Positions 48,638 to 58,618 of a stretch of DNA of 64,000 nt are shown piece after piece; position 1 is the stretch's first letter; each line of letters opens with the position of its first letter. The position numbers and the translations under genes were made by a program. Source of the stretch: an uncultured Methylomirabilota bacterium (GTDB lineage: Bacteria > Methylomirabilota > Methylomirabilia > Methylomirabilales > 2-02-FULL-66-22); NCBI GenBank assembly GCA_963845565.1, contig CAWJSJ010000001.1, forward strand, positions 768,001 to 832,000, given 5' to 3'. A model generated the notes under the pieces. The model saw nothing but the letters and a program-made list of their open reading frames with translations. It made no database searches and was not told the origin of the DNA.

Positions 48638-50687
48638 CTGCCGCCTCCACCATGGCCAACGCCTTGAGGGTCACTTCCGGTCCGATCTCGTTGTAGGACA
48701 GCATGGCAAGGTGCGGCAGGTATCGCTCGGTCAACCGTCGGAGGTGCGGCCGGATGACCGGTCCGCACAGGACCACCGGCGTGCCGTCGGGTGGCTCCTT
48801 TCCGATGGTCTTCGCGATGGCCTCGATGACCCGTTGCGCCGTCCGCGGCTCCAATGCCAGATAGCGACCCTGATCGCCCTCCGCCAGCGCATCCGCCAGT
48901 CGCTGTTCCAGCGCCGGGCTCAACGTGAACACCTTGAGAACCCCGTCCCCGGCGGTCAATTCGCGGCAGATCGTTCGACCGAGTCCTTGTCGGACATACT
49001 CGGTGAGCACGACCGGATCCTTCGTGGCCGGCGCCGCGTCCGCCAGCGCCTCCAGGATCAGCGCCAGATCGCGGATGGATACGCCTTCCGCCAACAGATT
49101 CTGAAGCACCTTCTGCACAGTCCCCAAGGGCAGAAGGTTGGGCACGAGCGTCTCGACCACGCTGGGATGGCTGGGCTTGATGACGTCGAGCAGACCCTGC
49201 ACCTCCTGCCGCCCGAGCAGATCGCGGGCATGTCGTCGGATCGTCTCCGTCAGGTGTGTGGTGATCACCGACGACGGATCGACCACGGTGTATCCCAGCA
49301 CCTGCGCGCGCTCCCGTTCGTCCGCCGAGATCCATTGGGCCGGAAGACCGAAGGTCGGCTCGGTGGTCGCGACCCCGGCGATCGGTTCGGTGGCGGTGCC
49401 GGGATTCATCGCCAGGAAATGCCCGACCAGAATCTCGCCCTGCGCCACCACGAGGCCGCGAACTTTGATCGCGTACGCCACAGGCTTCAATTGCAGGTTG
49501 TCCCGAATGCGCACGGGCGGAACCACGAAGCCGAGATCGGTAGCAAACTGACGCCGGACCAGCCGGACGCGATCCAGGAGATCGCCGCCCTGCCCCGGAT
49601 CCACCAGCGGGATCAGGCTGTACCCGACCTCCAACTCGAGCGGATCGAGGGCCAAGAGCTTCTCGACCTTCTCCGGTCCGGTCGCCCCGGCCGGCGCGCT
49701 GGTCGCCGGCAGCTCCGCGCCGCGCTTCGGCTCTTTGAGTCCGCTGTACGCCACGGTTCCGGTGACGGCGGCCATCAACAGGAAGGGCGCTTTGGGAAGA
49801 CCCGGGATCAGCCCGAGAATCAGCAACGTGGCGGCCGTGATCAGGAGCGCGCGGTGATGCCCAGCGAACTGCTGTGTCACCGCAACCGCCAACTCGCTCT
49901 CCGACGCCGCCCGGGTGACCACGATGCCCGCCGCCGTGGACACGATGAGCGCCGGGATCTGGGTCACCAGCCCGTCCCCGATGGTGAGGAGCGTGTAGGT
50001 CGTCAATGCCTCGAAGAGTTCCATGCGCATTTGGGCGACGCCGATGACCAGTCCCCCCACGATGTTGATGGCGGTGATGATGATGCTCGCCACCGCGTCG
50101 CCGCGTACGAACTTGCTTGCGCCGTCCATGGCCCCGTAGAAATCCGCCTCACGCGCGATCTCGCGCCGCCGCCCACGCGCCTCCGCATCGGTAACCAGTC
50201 CCGCGTTGAGGTCGGCGTCGATGGCCAGTTGCTTCCCCGGCATGGCGTCCAGGGTGAACCGAGCCGCCACTTCGGCGATCCGGCCCGCGCCCTTGGTAAT
50301 GACCACGAACTGAATCACCACCAGGATCAGGAAGACCACCGCTCCCACTACATAGTTGCCCCCGACCACGAACCGGCCGAACGCGTGGATCACCTCGCCT
50401 GCGGCCTGCGTCCCGTCGCTGCCGTGGAGCAGGATCAACCGCGTCGAGGCCACGTTGAGCGACAACCGAAACAACGTGAGAATCAGCAGGAGTGACGGAA
50501 AGAGGGAAAAGTCCAGCGGACGCAGGATGTACATCCCGATCAAGAGCGTCATCAGCGACAGGGCCAGATTACTCGTCAGGAGCAGATCCAACAGGAGCGG
50601 AGGCAGCGGGACCAGCATGACGCCGAGGATACCCAACACCGAGAGCGCCAGGGCCACGTCCGTGCGGGCAGCCAGCGAGCGCTTCAT
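48618..50687 (-). CDS. flhA: Flagellar export gate protein
   Basis: FRLSLNVASTR, EVAARFTLDAMPGKQ, FYGAMDGASKFVRGD, VSIRDL; GGAGG RBS. Confidence 0.96.
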   Translation of the reverse strand: MKRSLAARTDVALALSVLGILGVMLVPLPPLLLDLLLTSNLALSLMTLLIGMYILRPLDFSLFPSLLLILTLFRLSLNVASTRLILLHGSDGTQAAGEVIHAFGRFVVGGNYVVGAVVFLILVVIQFVVITKGAGRIAEVAARFTLDAMPGKQLAIDADLNAGLVTDAEARGRRREIAREADFYGAMDGASKFVRGDAVASIIITAINIVGGLVIGVAQMRMELFEALTTYTLLTIGDGLVTQIPALIVSTAAGIVVTRAASESELAVAVTQQFAGHHRALLITAATLLILGLIPGLPKAPFLLMAAVTGTVAYSGLKEPKRGAELPATSAPAGATGPEKVEKLLALDPLELEVGYSLIPLVDPGQGGDLLDRVRLVRRQFATDLGFVVPPVRIRDNLQLKPVAYAIKVRGLVVAQGEILVGHFLAMNPGTATEPIAGVATTEPTFGLPAQWISADERERAQVLGYTVVDPSSVITTHLTETIRRHARDLLGRQEVQGLLDVIKPSHPSVVETLVPNLLPLGTVQKVLQNLLAEGVSIRDLALILEALADAAPATKDPVVLTEYVRQGLGRTICRELTAGDGVLKVFTLSPALEQRLADALAEGDQGRYLALEPRTAQRVIEAIAKTIGKEPPDGTPVVLCGPVIRPHLRRLTERYLPHLAMLSYNEIGPEVTLKALAMVEAADAAATV

Positions 50688-50748
50688 CGTGCGTGCCTCC
50701 GTATCTCGGGTCGGGCACTCTGTGCTCCCGAACCCGTGCTGGCCCTCT

Positions 50749-51819
50749 TCACGCCGCACCTCGACCCGTTGCCTGCCCGTACACGTACGCCAGGATCTTG
50801 GCCACCGCGCGGTACAGCGCCAGCGGAATCTCGCCCCCGACGTCCACCACCTTGTACAGGGCGCGCGCCAGCGGGATGTCCTGGACGACCGGGATCCCCT
50901 TCTCGCGCGCAATCCCGATGATCCGTTCCGCCAGCAGCCGCTTGCCCTTGGCGAGAACTTTCGGGGCGCGCATGGATCGCCCGTCGTATCGGAGCGCGAC
51001 GGCAATATGGGTGGGGTTCACGATCACGACATTGGCCTGCGCCACATCCTGCATCATCCGACGCATCTTGCGTTCTTGCTGCAAACTGCGCACTCGCGCG
51101 CGCACCTGGGGGTTTCCCTCTTGCTGTTTGCCTTCGTCCTGGATCTCTCCGCGACTCATCCGGAGACTCTTCTCATGGTGCCAGCGCTGATACGCGTAGT
51201 CGGCAACCGCCACCAGGCCATAGACCCCGACGACTCGGAAGGCCAGCCGAAGTCCGAGGGACAGCTGCCACCACACGAGTTCCTGTAACTCCATCTCTGC
51301 CAATGACGGAAAGCGCGCCCATTCGGGTTGGAGGGTCCGGTACGCGACCACCCCCAGCAGGGTCAGTTTGAGCAACGCCTTGACCGCTTCCACGCCTCCG
51401 CGCAGCGACAAAAGGTTCCCCAGCCCTCGCGCGGGGCTGATACGCTCCCAGTGAAACCCGATGGCCTCGGAACTCATGAGCACCCCCACTTGCAGGAGGT
51501 TCGCCAGCACACCCATGACGGTGCCCGCCACGACCACCGGGAAGATCGCCTGCGCGACCGACCACGCCGCCGACAGGATGAGGCCTCGCACCGCCTCCAG
51601 TGTCAGGTCGGTCCGACCGCCCAATTGGAGCCCCTCGCGAAACGCCCGAAGCAGCGTGTCGCCCATCAGTGCTCCGCCGAAAGAGAGCGCCCCGAACGCT
51701 CCCAGGAGGATCAGCGCAGAGTTCAACTCCACGCTGCGGGCGACCTGACCGCGCTCGCGCGCCTCCTGGCGCCGTTTCGGTGTCGGGGCTTCTGTCCGCT
51801 CTGCGTCGTCAGATGCCAT
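50749..51819 (-). CDS. flhB: Flagellar export substrate-switch protein
   Basis: RTEAPTPKR, EGNPQVR, autocleavage NPTH, PLARALY. Confidence 0.95.
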   Translation of the reverse strand: MASDDAERTEAPTPKRRQEARERGQVARSVELNSALILLGAFGALSFGGALMGDTLLRAFREGLQLGGRTDLTLEAVRGLILSAAWSVAQAIFPVVVAGTVMGVLANLLQVGVLMSSEAIGFHWERISPARGLGNLLSLRGGVEAVKALLKLTLLGVVAYRTLQPEWARFPSLAEMELQELVWWQLSLGLRLAFRVVGVYGLVAVADYAYQRWHHEKSLRMSRGEIQDEGKQQEGNPQVRARVRSLQQERKMRRMMQDVAQANVVIVNPTHIAVALRYDGRSMRAPKVLAKGKRLLAERIIGIAREKGIPVVQDIPLARALYKVVDVGGEIPLALYRAVAKILAYVYGQATGRGAA

Positions 51820-52597
51820 GGCGCATCCGGAGGAGCAGCGCACCCAGCGTCGCCGGGAGTTGCTGGAATGTGGTCGTCATGACCGTGCCCAGGAGCGGGA
51901 GCGCCGCCAAGAGCACCAAGAATCCAACCCCGAGGGTGAGCGCGAAACTCACCATGAACACGTTCACTTGGGGTGCGATTCGGTTGAGGAGTCCGAGGAC
52001 GATCATGGTGGCCAGCATGGCGGCCCCGACCGGGGCTGCCATGCGAATCGCCAGGACGAGTGCCGCGCTGAACAACCCCAGCAGGAACTCCAGGCTGCCG
52101 CCGCGGAACGCGACCGAGAGCGGCGGGACGACCGTCACGCTCTGCGCCAGCGCCGCCAGGACCGCGTGGTGGCCGCCGACCGTCAGGAACGTCAGGATCG
52201 CCACCTGGTCCAACAGGTGATTGACCGACGAGACCTGGCTCATCGAATGCGGATCCAGAGCTGCCGGAAGACCGATGCCCATCTGGACGGCGGCCAATTC
52301 CCCGGCCATCCCGATTCCCGCGAACACGAACCGGACCGCGAGCCCCATGACGGCCCCGATCACGATCTCCCCGGCCAGCGTTGCCGTCAAACCGAGAATG
52401 GACGTCGGCAGCGTCAGCCCGCCCCCGACCAGCAGTGGGGTGAGTATGAGCGCCAAACTCCCCGCCAAACCGACCTTGAGGGTCGGCGGAAGGTTTTGGC
52501 TTCCAAACACCGGTCCCAGCGCCACCACCCCGCTACAGCGGGCCAGCGCCAGCAGGAAGGTGGGTGCCCATCGCGTGAGGAAGACCTCAACCGTCAT
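51809..52597 (-). CDS. fliR: Flagellar export protein
   Basis: Hydrophobic; AGELAAVQMG, GGHH, RIAPQVNVF. Confidence 0.9.
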   Translation of the reverse strand: MTVEVFLTRWAPTFLLALARCSGVVALGPVFGSQNLPPTLKVGLAGSLALILTPLLVGGGLTLPTSILGLTATLAGEIVIGAVMGLAVRFVFAGIGMAGELAAVQMGIGLPAALDPHSMSQVSSVNHLLDQVAILTFLTVGGHHAVLAALAQSVTVVPPLSVAFRGGSLEFLLGLFSAALVLAIRMAAPVGAAMLATMIVLGLLNRIAPQVNVFMVSFALTLGVGFLVLLAALPLLGTVMTTTFQQLPATLGALLLRMRHGI

Positions 52598-52863
52598 CGC
52601 GCGTACTGCCCCAGATTGCCGAACAGGTCCACAGCAAAACGCACGACCAGATCCGTCATCCACGGCATGCACAGCACCAAGGCGACGAAGACCGCCAGGA
52701 GTTTCGGGACAAAGGTCAGTGTCGCCTCTTGAATGGAGGTCACCGCCTGGAAGAGGCTCACCGCCAAGCCGGTGACCATCCCCGCGAGAAGCACCGGCGC
52801 GGAGAGCATCACGATCAATTGCAGGGCGCGCTGACCGAGGTCGATGACCTGTTGCACCGTCAT
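52594..52863 (-). CDS. fliQ: Flagellar export protein
   Basis: SLFQAVTSIQEATLTFVPK. Confidence 0.95.
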   Translation of the reverse strand: MTVQQVIDLGQRALQLIVMLSAPVLLAGMVTGLAVSLFQAVTSIQEATLTFVPKLLAVFVALVLCMPWMTDLVVRFAVDLFGNLGQYAR

Positions 52864-52879
52864 GGAACAGACCGTCCCC

Positions 52880-53755
52880 TCAGTTAAAGCTGGTCACCAG
52901 AGACCGCACGACCAGGTGCCACCCATCCGCCAGCACAAACAGGAGAAGCTTGAACGGTAGGGCAATCATCGTGGGCGGCAGAAACATCATGCCCATCGAC
53001 AACAGGACGCTGGAGACGACGAAGTCGATCACGATAAACGGCAAGAACAGAACGAAGCCCATCTGGAACCCACTTTTCAATTCGCTGATGATGAACGCCG
53101 GGATGAGAATGTAGGTCGCCACGTCCGCCCGATCGCGAGGCCGGGGCGCCTTGGCCAGGTGGACCATAAGGGCGAGGTCGTGTTCTCGGGTTTGCCGAAA
53201 CATGAACTGCCTGATGGGCTCGAGTCCCCGCTGAAAGGCTTCATCTTGCCCGATCTGCCGACTCATATAGGGCGCATACGCCTTGTCGCGGATCTCGGTT
53301 GCCACGGGAGCCATAATGAACGCGGTCAGGAAGAGCGAGAGGCCGATCAACACCTGGTTGGGCGGCATCTGGGGGGTCCCGAGCGCCTGGCGAAGGAGGC
53401 CCAACACGATGACGATCCGGCTGAAGGAGGTCAGCAGGATGATGAGCGAGGGGGCCAGCGCCAGCACCGTCAGGAGGAGCATCACCTGCAGCGCGCTGGA
53501 CAACTCCTGCGGTCCCTTGACCTGCCCGACACCGACGCTGATCGTGGGGAGCGCCAACCCCGGGCCGCTGGTCGCCGCGGTCGCCGTCGTGGCCCCCAGG
53601 AGAAGCGTCAGGATGACCAGAGCTGCGACACCGACCGCATGCCGCGCAGCCCGCGTCCGCGTAACGCAGCCGATGCAACGCGCCGCCGATGGTCTCTGCC
53701 GCACAGGGTCAGCGTGGTCTGCGTTGCGTCTCTCTCCGAGCCCGCAGGGGATCAT
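52880..53755 (-). CDS. fliP: Flagellar export protein
   Basis: TSFSRIVIVL, PPNQVL, PAFIISEL, LPFKLLLFVLADGW. Confidence 0.95.
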   Translation of the reverse strand: MIPCGLGERRNADHADPVRQRPSAARCIGCVTRTRAARHAVGVAALVILTLLLGATTATAATSGPGLALPTISVGVGQVKGPQELSSALQVMLLLTVLALAPSLIILLTSFSRIVIVLGLLRQALGTPQMPPNQVLIGLSLFLTAFIMAPVATEIRDKAYAPYMSRQIGQDEAFQRGLEPIRQFMFRQTREHDLALMVHLAKAPRPRDRADVATYILIPAFIISELKSGFQMGFVLFLPFIVIDFVVSSVLLSMGMMFLPPTMIALPFKLLLFVLADGWHLVVRSLVTSFN

Positions 53756-54396
53756 CGGTCCCCTCGTGGGTCCGCGGATCCGAGGCCCCAGGCTGTTTGG
53801 ACCTCCCGGATCTTCGCCGTCAGCTCCTGGAACCGACTGCCGGAAACCAGGTCTCGCCGTTCGGCCCCGCCGGTCGTCGGCGGCTTGGTGGCCTCGACGA
53901 CACCCCCCTCGAAGCGGTGTAACAGACTAATGCCCGCCGGGCTGACACCCACCGCTAGGACCGTGCTCCCCGCCCGAACCAAGCAGATCGCTTCTTTGCC
54001 GGTCAGCGGAAGTCGGCCGAGCACTTGGAGCGCCCCCGCGCTCGTGTCCCGCGAGGTCAGGCCGGGCCACCGCCGAATCACCTTGACCCCCACCGCCAAC
54101 AGGAACAGGACCAGGGCCAGCGACAGCCCCATCCGGGTCGTGTCCCAGAGGAGCGACGACTCCGGTTCCCCGGTGGCGAGCCGGTACTCCGGAATGCTGA
54201 CGCTCTCGGGCGACCGTGAGGCTTGCGGGCCAGCCGCACCGGTCGGCGAGGAACCGCTCGCCCCTCGCGACTCCGTCGCGACCGTGGCCGCGGCGGGCGG
54301 GCCGACCACGTGCCGCCCCTTCGCCTGAGCCAGTCCGCTTGCCGGCCCCACCAGGCACAGCACACACCCGCACGTGACGAGAATCCGCGGCATCAT
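53752..54396 (-). CDS. fliO: Flagellar protein FliO
   Basis: Between fliN and fliP; TM then [21 protein letters not shown]...VGVS. Confidence 0.8.
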   Translation of the reverse strand: MMPRILVTCGCVLCLVGPASGLAQAKGRHVVGPPAAATVATESRGASGSSPTGAAGPQASRSPESVSIPEYRLATGEPESSLLWDTTRMGLSLALVLFLLAVGVKVIRRWPGLTSRDTSAGALQVLGRLPLTGKEAICLVRAGSTVLAVGVSPAGISLLHRFEGGVVEATKPPTTGGAERRDLVSGSRFQELTAKIREVQTAWGLGSADPRGDR

Positions 54397-55241
54397 CGCA
54401 GACTCGCCACCCGCTCGCTCGGGGTCACGATGCTGGTCAGTCGCACGCCGAAGGCTTCGTCGATGACGACCACTTCCCCGCGCGCGATCGACTTGTCGTT
54501 GACCAAGATATCCACCGGCTCCCCCGCCAGCTTGTCCAGTTCCAGGACCGACCCCGGCGCCAGGTGGAGAATGTCTCGGATCATCATACGGGTTCGGCCC
54601 AACTCCACCGTGACCGGCAGCGAAATGTCGAGGAGTAGATCCATGCCGTTCCCATTCTTTCGGCCGGGGGACTCGCTGAGCGGCGGCAAGGTGGCCTCGA
54701 TCGGTTTCGGCGGTTCCGATACCACGGCCGCCCGCGGGACCACCAGCGCACCCTCGGCGCCCCGTCCCCCGACCGAGAGGTCCATGGCAAGACTGACCGC
54801 ATCCGTCCAGGCCGGAAGGCCGGCCCCACCCACCGCCACCCACTCGACCGCCGGCGCCTCGAAACCCACCGACTTTCCCAGCACCTCGCCCACCGCCGTG
54901 GCGAGCCCGCTCGCAGCCTGGTTGGCCAACTCCCGCAGCGCGTCCTCCTCTTCGGGCCCCGGCGCTTGGGGGGCCGATTCGAGCGTCTCTCCCAGAAGAA
55001 TCCGTGCCAGACCCAGGCCGGTCGGTCCCGGCAAGACCAGCGCGGCCCGCCCGGTGACGGCCTTACTAAGGCGACAGGTCAGCAGCACGAGCGGCCCGGG
55101 CTGCGTTCGCAGCGTCTCCACGCTGCGCGTTTCACGAAGAGAGGCGCTGGCCGTCGTGCCCAGCGATGCCAGGAGCCGCTCGACACTCGACACCAGTCGT
55201 CGTGCGGTGTCGAGAGGAATCGCCTCGTGTGCGTTAGCCAT
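54393..55241 (-). CDS. fliN: Flagellar switch protein FliN with N-terminal CheC-like extension (FliY-like)
   Basis: C-terminal [14 protein letters not shown]...LAGEPVD...[16 protein letters not shown] in N-domain. Confidence 0.88.
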   Translation of the reverse strand: MANAHEAIPLDTARRLVSSVERLLASLGTTASASLRETRSVETLRTQPGPLVLLTCRLSKAVTGRAALVLPGPTGLGLARILLGETLESAPQAPGPEEEDALRELANQAASGLATAVGEVLGKSVGFEAPAVEWVAVGGAGLPAWTDAVSLAMDLSVGGRGAEGALVVPRAAVVSEPPKPIEATLPPLSESPGRKNGNGMDLLLDISLPVTVELGRTRMMIRDILHLAPGSVLELDKLAGEPVDILVNDKSIARGEVVVIDEAFGVRLTSIVTPSERVASLR

Positions 55242-56235
55242 GCTGCTCTCCTCCTGCGTCCAGGGAGGCCGTGATTTCCACCGCGCGCCGTCGCTGCTTT
55301 CGACCCGCCCGCCCCGCAAAACGAGGGCGCCCTCCAACCTCCACGGTTACCTCCAAGGTATCCCTCCAGGGGAGTGGCAAGATGTCCCCGGGTTTCAGCT
55401 GGGTCAGTTGACTGATCGGGACCTGTACCGCGTCCAGGACGGCACGCAGTTCCAGCGACGTCGTGCGGAGATTTCCCTCGATTTCCCGAGTCACCGCGGC
55501 CGCGGCCGCCACCGGTGCCGCGCCGAACCAGCGCTGGGTCATGAGTTTTGGGAGAATCGGCTCCAACATGGCGAAGGGGAAACACAGGCTCATGACGCCT
55601 TCGACCTCCCCCACGCGCACGTCGAAGGTCACCAGGATCGCGATATCGTTGGGCGATGTGAGCTGCACGAACTGGGGGTTGGATTCCAGATTCAGGAGCC
55701 GAACGTCGAACTTGCCGACCTGTGCCCACGCCTGCTGGAGGTCGACCAGGAGCTTTCGAAGGATCCGCGCCACCAGCGCTCGTTCGATCTCGGTCAACTC
55801 CCGAACGTGGATCGACGCCCGTCCTGCGCCACCCAAGACCCGGTCGATCATCGGAAAGACGAGATGGGGATTGATATCCAGCACCGCGCCGCACTTCAGC
55901 GGCGCCATCTCGAAGATCGCCAGGGTGGAGGGCGGCATCACGGAGGTCATGAACTCCCCATAGGTGAGCTGCTCCACCGAGGTGAGCTGAACTTCCAGCA
56001 TGGTGCGCAGATACCCGGAAAGCGTGGAACTGACACTCCGCGCGAACGTGTCGTGCAGCATCTGCAACGTCCGAACCTGCTCCTTGGCGATTCGGTTCGG
56101 CCGCCGGAAGTCATACGGGAGGATCGTCTGGTGCCGTCGCGCCGACGGTTCGGCGCCCGACTCTTGCGGCATCTCACCCTTGGTGACGGCGCTCAGAAGC
56201 GAGTCGATTTCCTCTTGCGTCAATAGCTCAGACAC
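55234..56235 (-). CDS. fliM: Flagellar switch protein FliM
   Basis: CheY-binding [22 protein letters not shown]. Confidence 0.95.
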   Translation of the reverse strand: MSELLTQEEIDSLLSAVTKGEMPQESGAEPSARRHQTILPYDFRRPNRIAKEQVRTLQMLHDTFARSVSSTLSGYLRTMLEVQLTSVEQLTYGEFMTSVMPPSTLAIFEMAPLKCGAVLDINPHLVFPMIDRVLGGAGRASIHVRELTEIERALVARILRKLLVDLQQAWAQVGKFDVRLLNLESNPQFVQLTSPNDIAILVTFDVRVGEVEGVMSLCFPFAMLEPILPKLMTQRWFGAAPVAAAAAVTREIEGNLRTTSLELRAVLDAVQVPISQLTQLKPGDILPLPWRDTLEVTVEVGGRPRFAGRAGRKQRRRAVEITASLDAGGEQHG

Positions 56236-56311
56236 GGTCCCTCCGGGAAGACGAGCTTCGGGTCAGCGAACGGTCGCGCACTGCCGGCACCCCGCGTCAC
56301 GCACGCGGCGG

Positions 56312-56833
56312 CTACTGCACCACGAACTCCGTAATAAAGACCTGTCGCACCCGCTCCGGCCCAAGCGCCTGATTCACCCGCTCCAGCACCTCCCCTCGCA
56401 GCCGGTCCAGTGCTTCCGGCGCCGTCACCTCACTGAGCGTCTTCTTTGTCAGGGTGGCCACGATCAGGTCGAGGAGTTGCGGCTTTCGCGATTCGACCTC
56501 CTTGACGATTTTCTCCTCTTCCGGAACTTCGATGTGCACGGTCGCCTTCAGATAGCGCCGCCCTTCGGTCTGAGCCACGTTGACCACGACCGAGTCCAGC
56601 GCCACCACCCGCCCGAATTTGTGCGGGGTTGGTTTGGCTTTCACATCCCCGGCAGCCACCGGCGGAAACATCGGGCGTACGACGAACAGCGCCACCGCGA
56701 ACGCACCCCCGGCGAGTGCCGCGAGAATTCCGACCGTCGGCAGGTACGCCAGTACCTTCTTGATCGCGCTGGGCGCGGCGGGCGCGGCGGGTTCCTTCGC
56801 CGCGTCGGGGGACTCCTCTTTCACGCCAGCCAT
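56312..56833 (-). CDS. fliL: Flagellar basal-body protein FliL
   Basis: Single TM; VVNVA...RYLK; VFITEFVVQ end. Confidence 0.9.
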   Translation of the reverse strand: MAGVKEESPDAAKEPAAPAAPSAIKKVLAYLPTVGILAALAGGAFAVALFVVRPMFPPVAAGDVKAKPTPHKFGRVVALDSVVVNVAQTEGRRYLKATVHIEVPEEEKIVKEVESRKPQLLDLIVATLTKKTLSEVTAPEALDRLRGEVLERVNQALGPERVRQVFITEFVVQ

Positions 56834-56854
56834 TCCGTGACTCCTTGGTTGTGC

Positions 56855-58183
56855 TTATACGGTCGGCGCGGCGAGTGCGACACCGGCCTCTTCACGATAT
56901 TGTCGGAGACGGTTCCGGATCGTCCGCACGGAGACGCCCAGGGCTTCGGCCGCCCGGCTCCGGTTTCCTCCGACGCGTTCCAACGTCGCGAAGATCAGTC
57001 GCCGTTCCATCTCGGACCGCGTCCCGGCCTCTGCCGAGGAAGTCACCAGTCCCGGCTCAACCTGCAGATGCGACGGCTGTAGCACCCGGTCTGGGCACAA
57101 CAACAGGGCTCGCTGGATACAGCTCTCCAGTTCGCGCACGTTGCCCGGCCACGCATAACGTTGCAGGTGCTGGAGAGCTGCCTCGCTGAATTCGCGCCCC
57201 TGGCTACCGGTTGCACCGCGGTGCTTCTCCGCGAAGTATCGCGCCAGGAGGGGAATATCCTGGGGCCGTTCCCGCAACGGCGGCAGACGCAAGGACACCA
57301 CATTGAGCCGGAAGAAGAGGTCCTGTCGGAAGGTGCCCGCCTGCAGCGCATCCCGCAAGCAGCGGTTGGTGGTCGCGATGATTCGCACGTCGACCCGTAC
57401 CGGCTGATCCCGGCCAATCCGGTCCAGCTCTCCTTCCTGCAGGGCGCGGAGCAGTTTCGCTTGGAACTGCAAACTGGTCTCGCTGATCTCGTCCAGGAGC
57501 AGCGTCCCCTGATGCGCCGCCTCGAACCGGCCCAGCCGGCGTGCAATGGCGCCGGTGAACGCCCCCCGCTCGTGGCCGAACAGTTCACTCTCCAAAAGCG
57601 ACTCCGGAACCGCGGCGCAGTTCAAGGCAACGAAGGGCCGATCCTTGCGGCCGCTCCGCAGGTGGATCTCGCGCGCGAGCAGCTCCTTCCCCGTCCCGCT
57701 CTCGCCTTGGAGGAGCACCGGTGCCGCACTCTGCGCCACTCGTGCCGCGGTCTCCAGCAACCCCGCCATGCGTGGATCTCCGGTCACGATGCCGGCCAGC
57801 GACGCGGGGGCCGACGCGGCGGGGACGCCCAAGATGCGCTCCAGCAATTCGCCCAGTCGCGCCATGCCGAACGGCTTGATCAAGAAGTCCTGCGCTCCTT
57901 CCCGCATCGCCTCCACGGCGATTTCCACCGAGCCATACCCCGTGATCATGACCACCGACGTGTCTATGTGGCGCGCTCGCACTTCCCGGAGGAGGTCGAG
58001 CCCGCCAAGTCCGGGAAGGCGCACGTCGGCCAGCACCAAACGGAATGACGCGCGCGCCAGTTGCGACAGGGCTTCTTCCCCCGTCCCGACCCCGACGCCT
58101 TCGTGCCCGTACTCTCGAATGATCTGCAGCAACGTCCGCCGAACCATCGCATCATCGTCGACCACAAGCACATCTGGTGTCAT
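56855..58183 (-). CDS. Sigma54-dependent response regulator (REC-AAA+-Fis; FlrC/FleR/FlgR-like)
   Basis: VVDDD...LAD...KPF; GESGTGKE; GAFTGA; WPGNVREL; Fis HTH; AAGGAGG RBS. Confidence 0.93.
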   Translation of the reverse strand: MTPDVLVVDDDAMVRRTLLQIIREYGHEGVGVGTGEEALSQLARASFRLVLADVRLPGLGGLDLLREVRARHIDTSVVMITGYGSVEIAVEAMREGAQDFLIKPFGMARLGELLERILGVPAASAPASLAGIVTGDPRMAGLLETAARVAQSAAPVLLQGESGTGKELLAREIHLRSGRKDRPFVALNCAAVPESLLESELFGHERGAFTGAIARRLGRFEAAHQGTLLLDEISETSLQFQAKLLRALQEGELDRIGRDQPVRVDVRIIATTNRCLRDALQAGTFRQDLFFRLNVVSLRLPPLRERPQDIPLLARYFAEKHRGATGSQGREFSEAALQHLQRYAWPGNVRELESCIQRALLLCPDRVLQPSHLQVEPGLVTSSAEAGTRSEMERRLIFATLERVGGNRSRAAEALGVSVRTIRNRLRQYREEAGVALAAPTV

Positions 58184-58216
58184 GAGAGCCTCCTTTGCGT
58201 TCGGCGAACCGTATAC

Positions 58217-58232
58217 GCAAGGCCCATACCAA
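58217..58232 (-). promoter_or_regulatory. Sigma54 (-24/-12) promoter
   Basis: Minus strand TTGGTAT-GGGCC-TTGC with exact GG-N10-GC spacing, about 35 nt upstream of activator ATG. Confidence 0.7.
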
Positions 58233-58618
58233 TACGTAAATTTTCCCGGTAAGAAATCCCTGGGAACCGGAAAGGCGCGCCACACTTGTTCTTTCGGTTC
58301 ATCGCGTCCGTCATCGGCCAACCCTGCCACAGGGAGCGGCTCTGGCAGGGAAATCCTCCGGTCACAAATCATCCATTCCGAGGTCCGACGTCAGTCCTGG
58401 CCGAGACTCCGAAAACGCTAACGCATTGCCAATACGTCGTTTTGTGAAACTCTGGATGAATTATTACCGGTTGGTAAATTCTTGATCGGGAAGGCGTGGG
58501 ACGCAGATGACCGGGCCAAAGAGGATAAGGAGGATAGGCGCCGAAATACTCGGGGGGGAACGCGGCCCCGCCACCGTACATTGTGGCGAGGCCGCCTGGC
58601 GATTATTGTGCCAACCGG

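Noticed and set aside
47979..56226. Long plus-strand ORFs (838 aa, 667 aa, 389 aa) over the flagellar genes
   Set aside because: Antisense shadows of flhF/flhA/fliP/fliN/fliM with no motifs of their own
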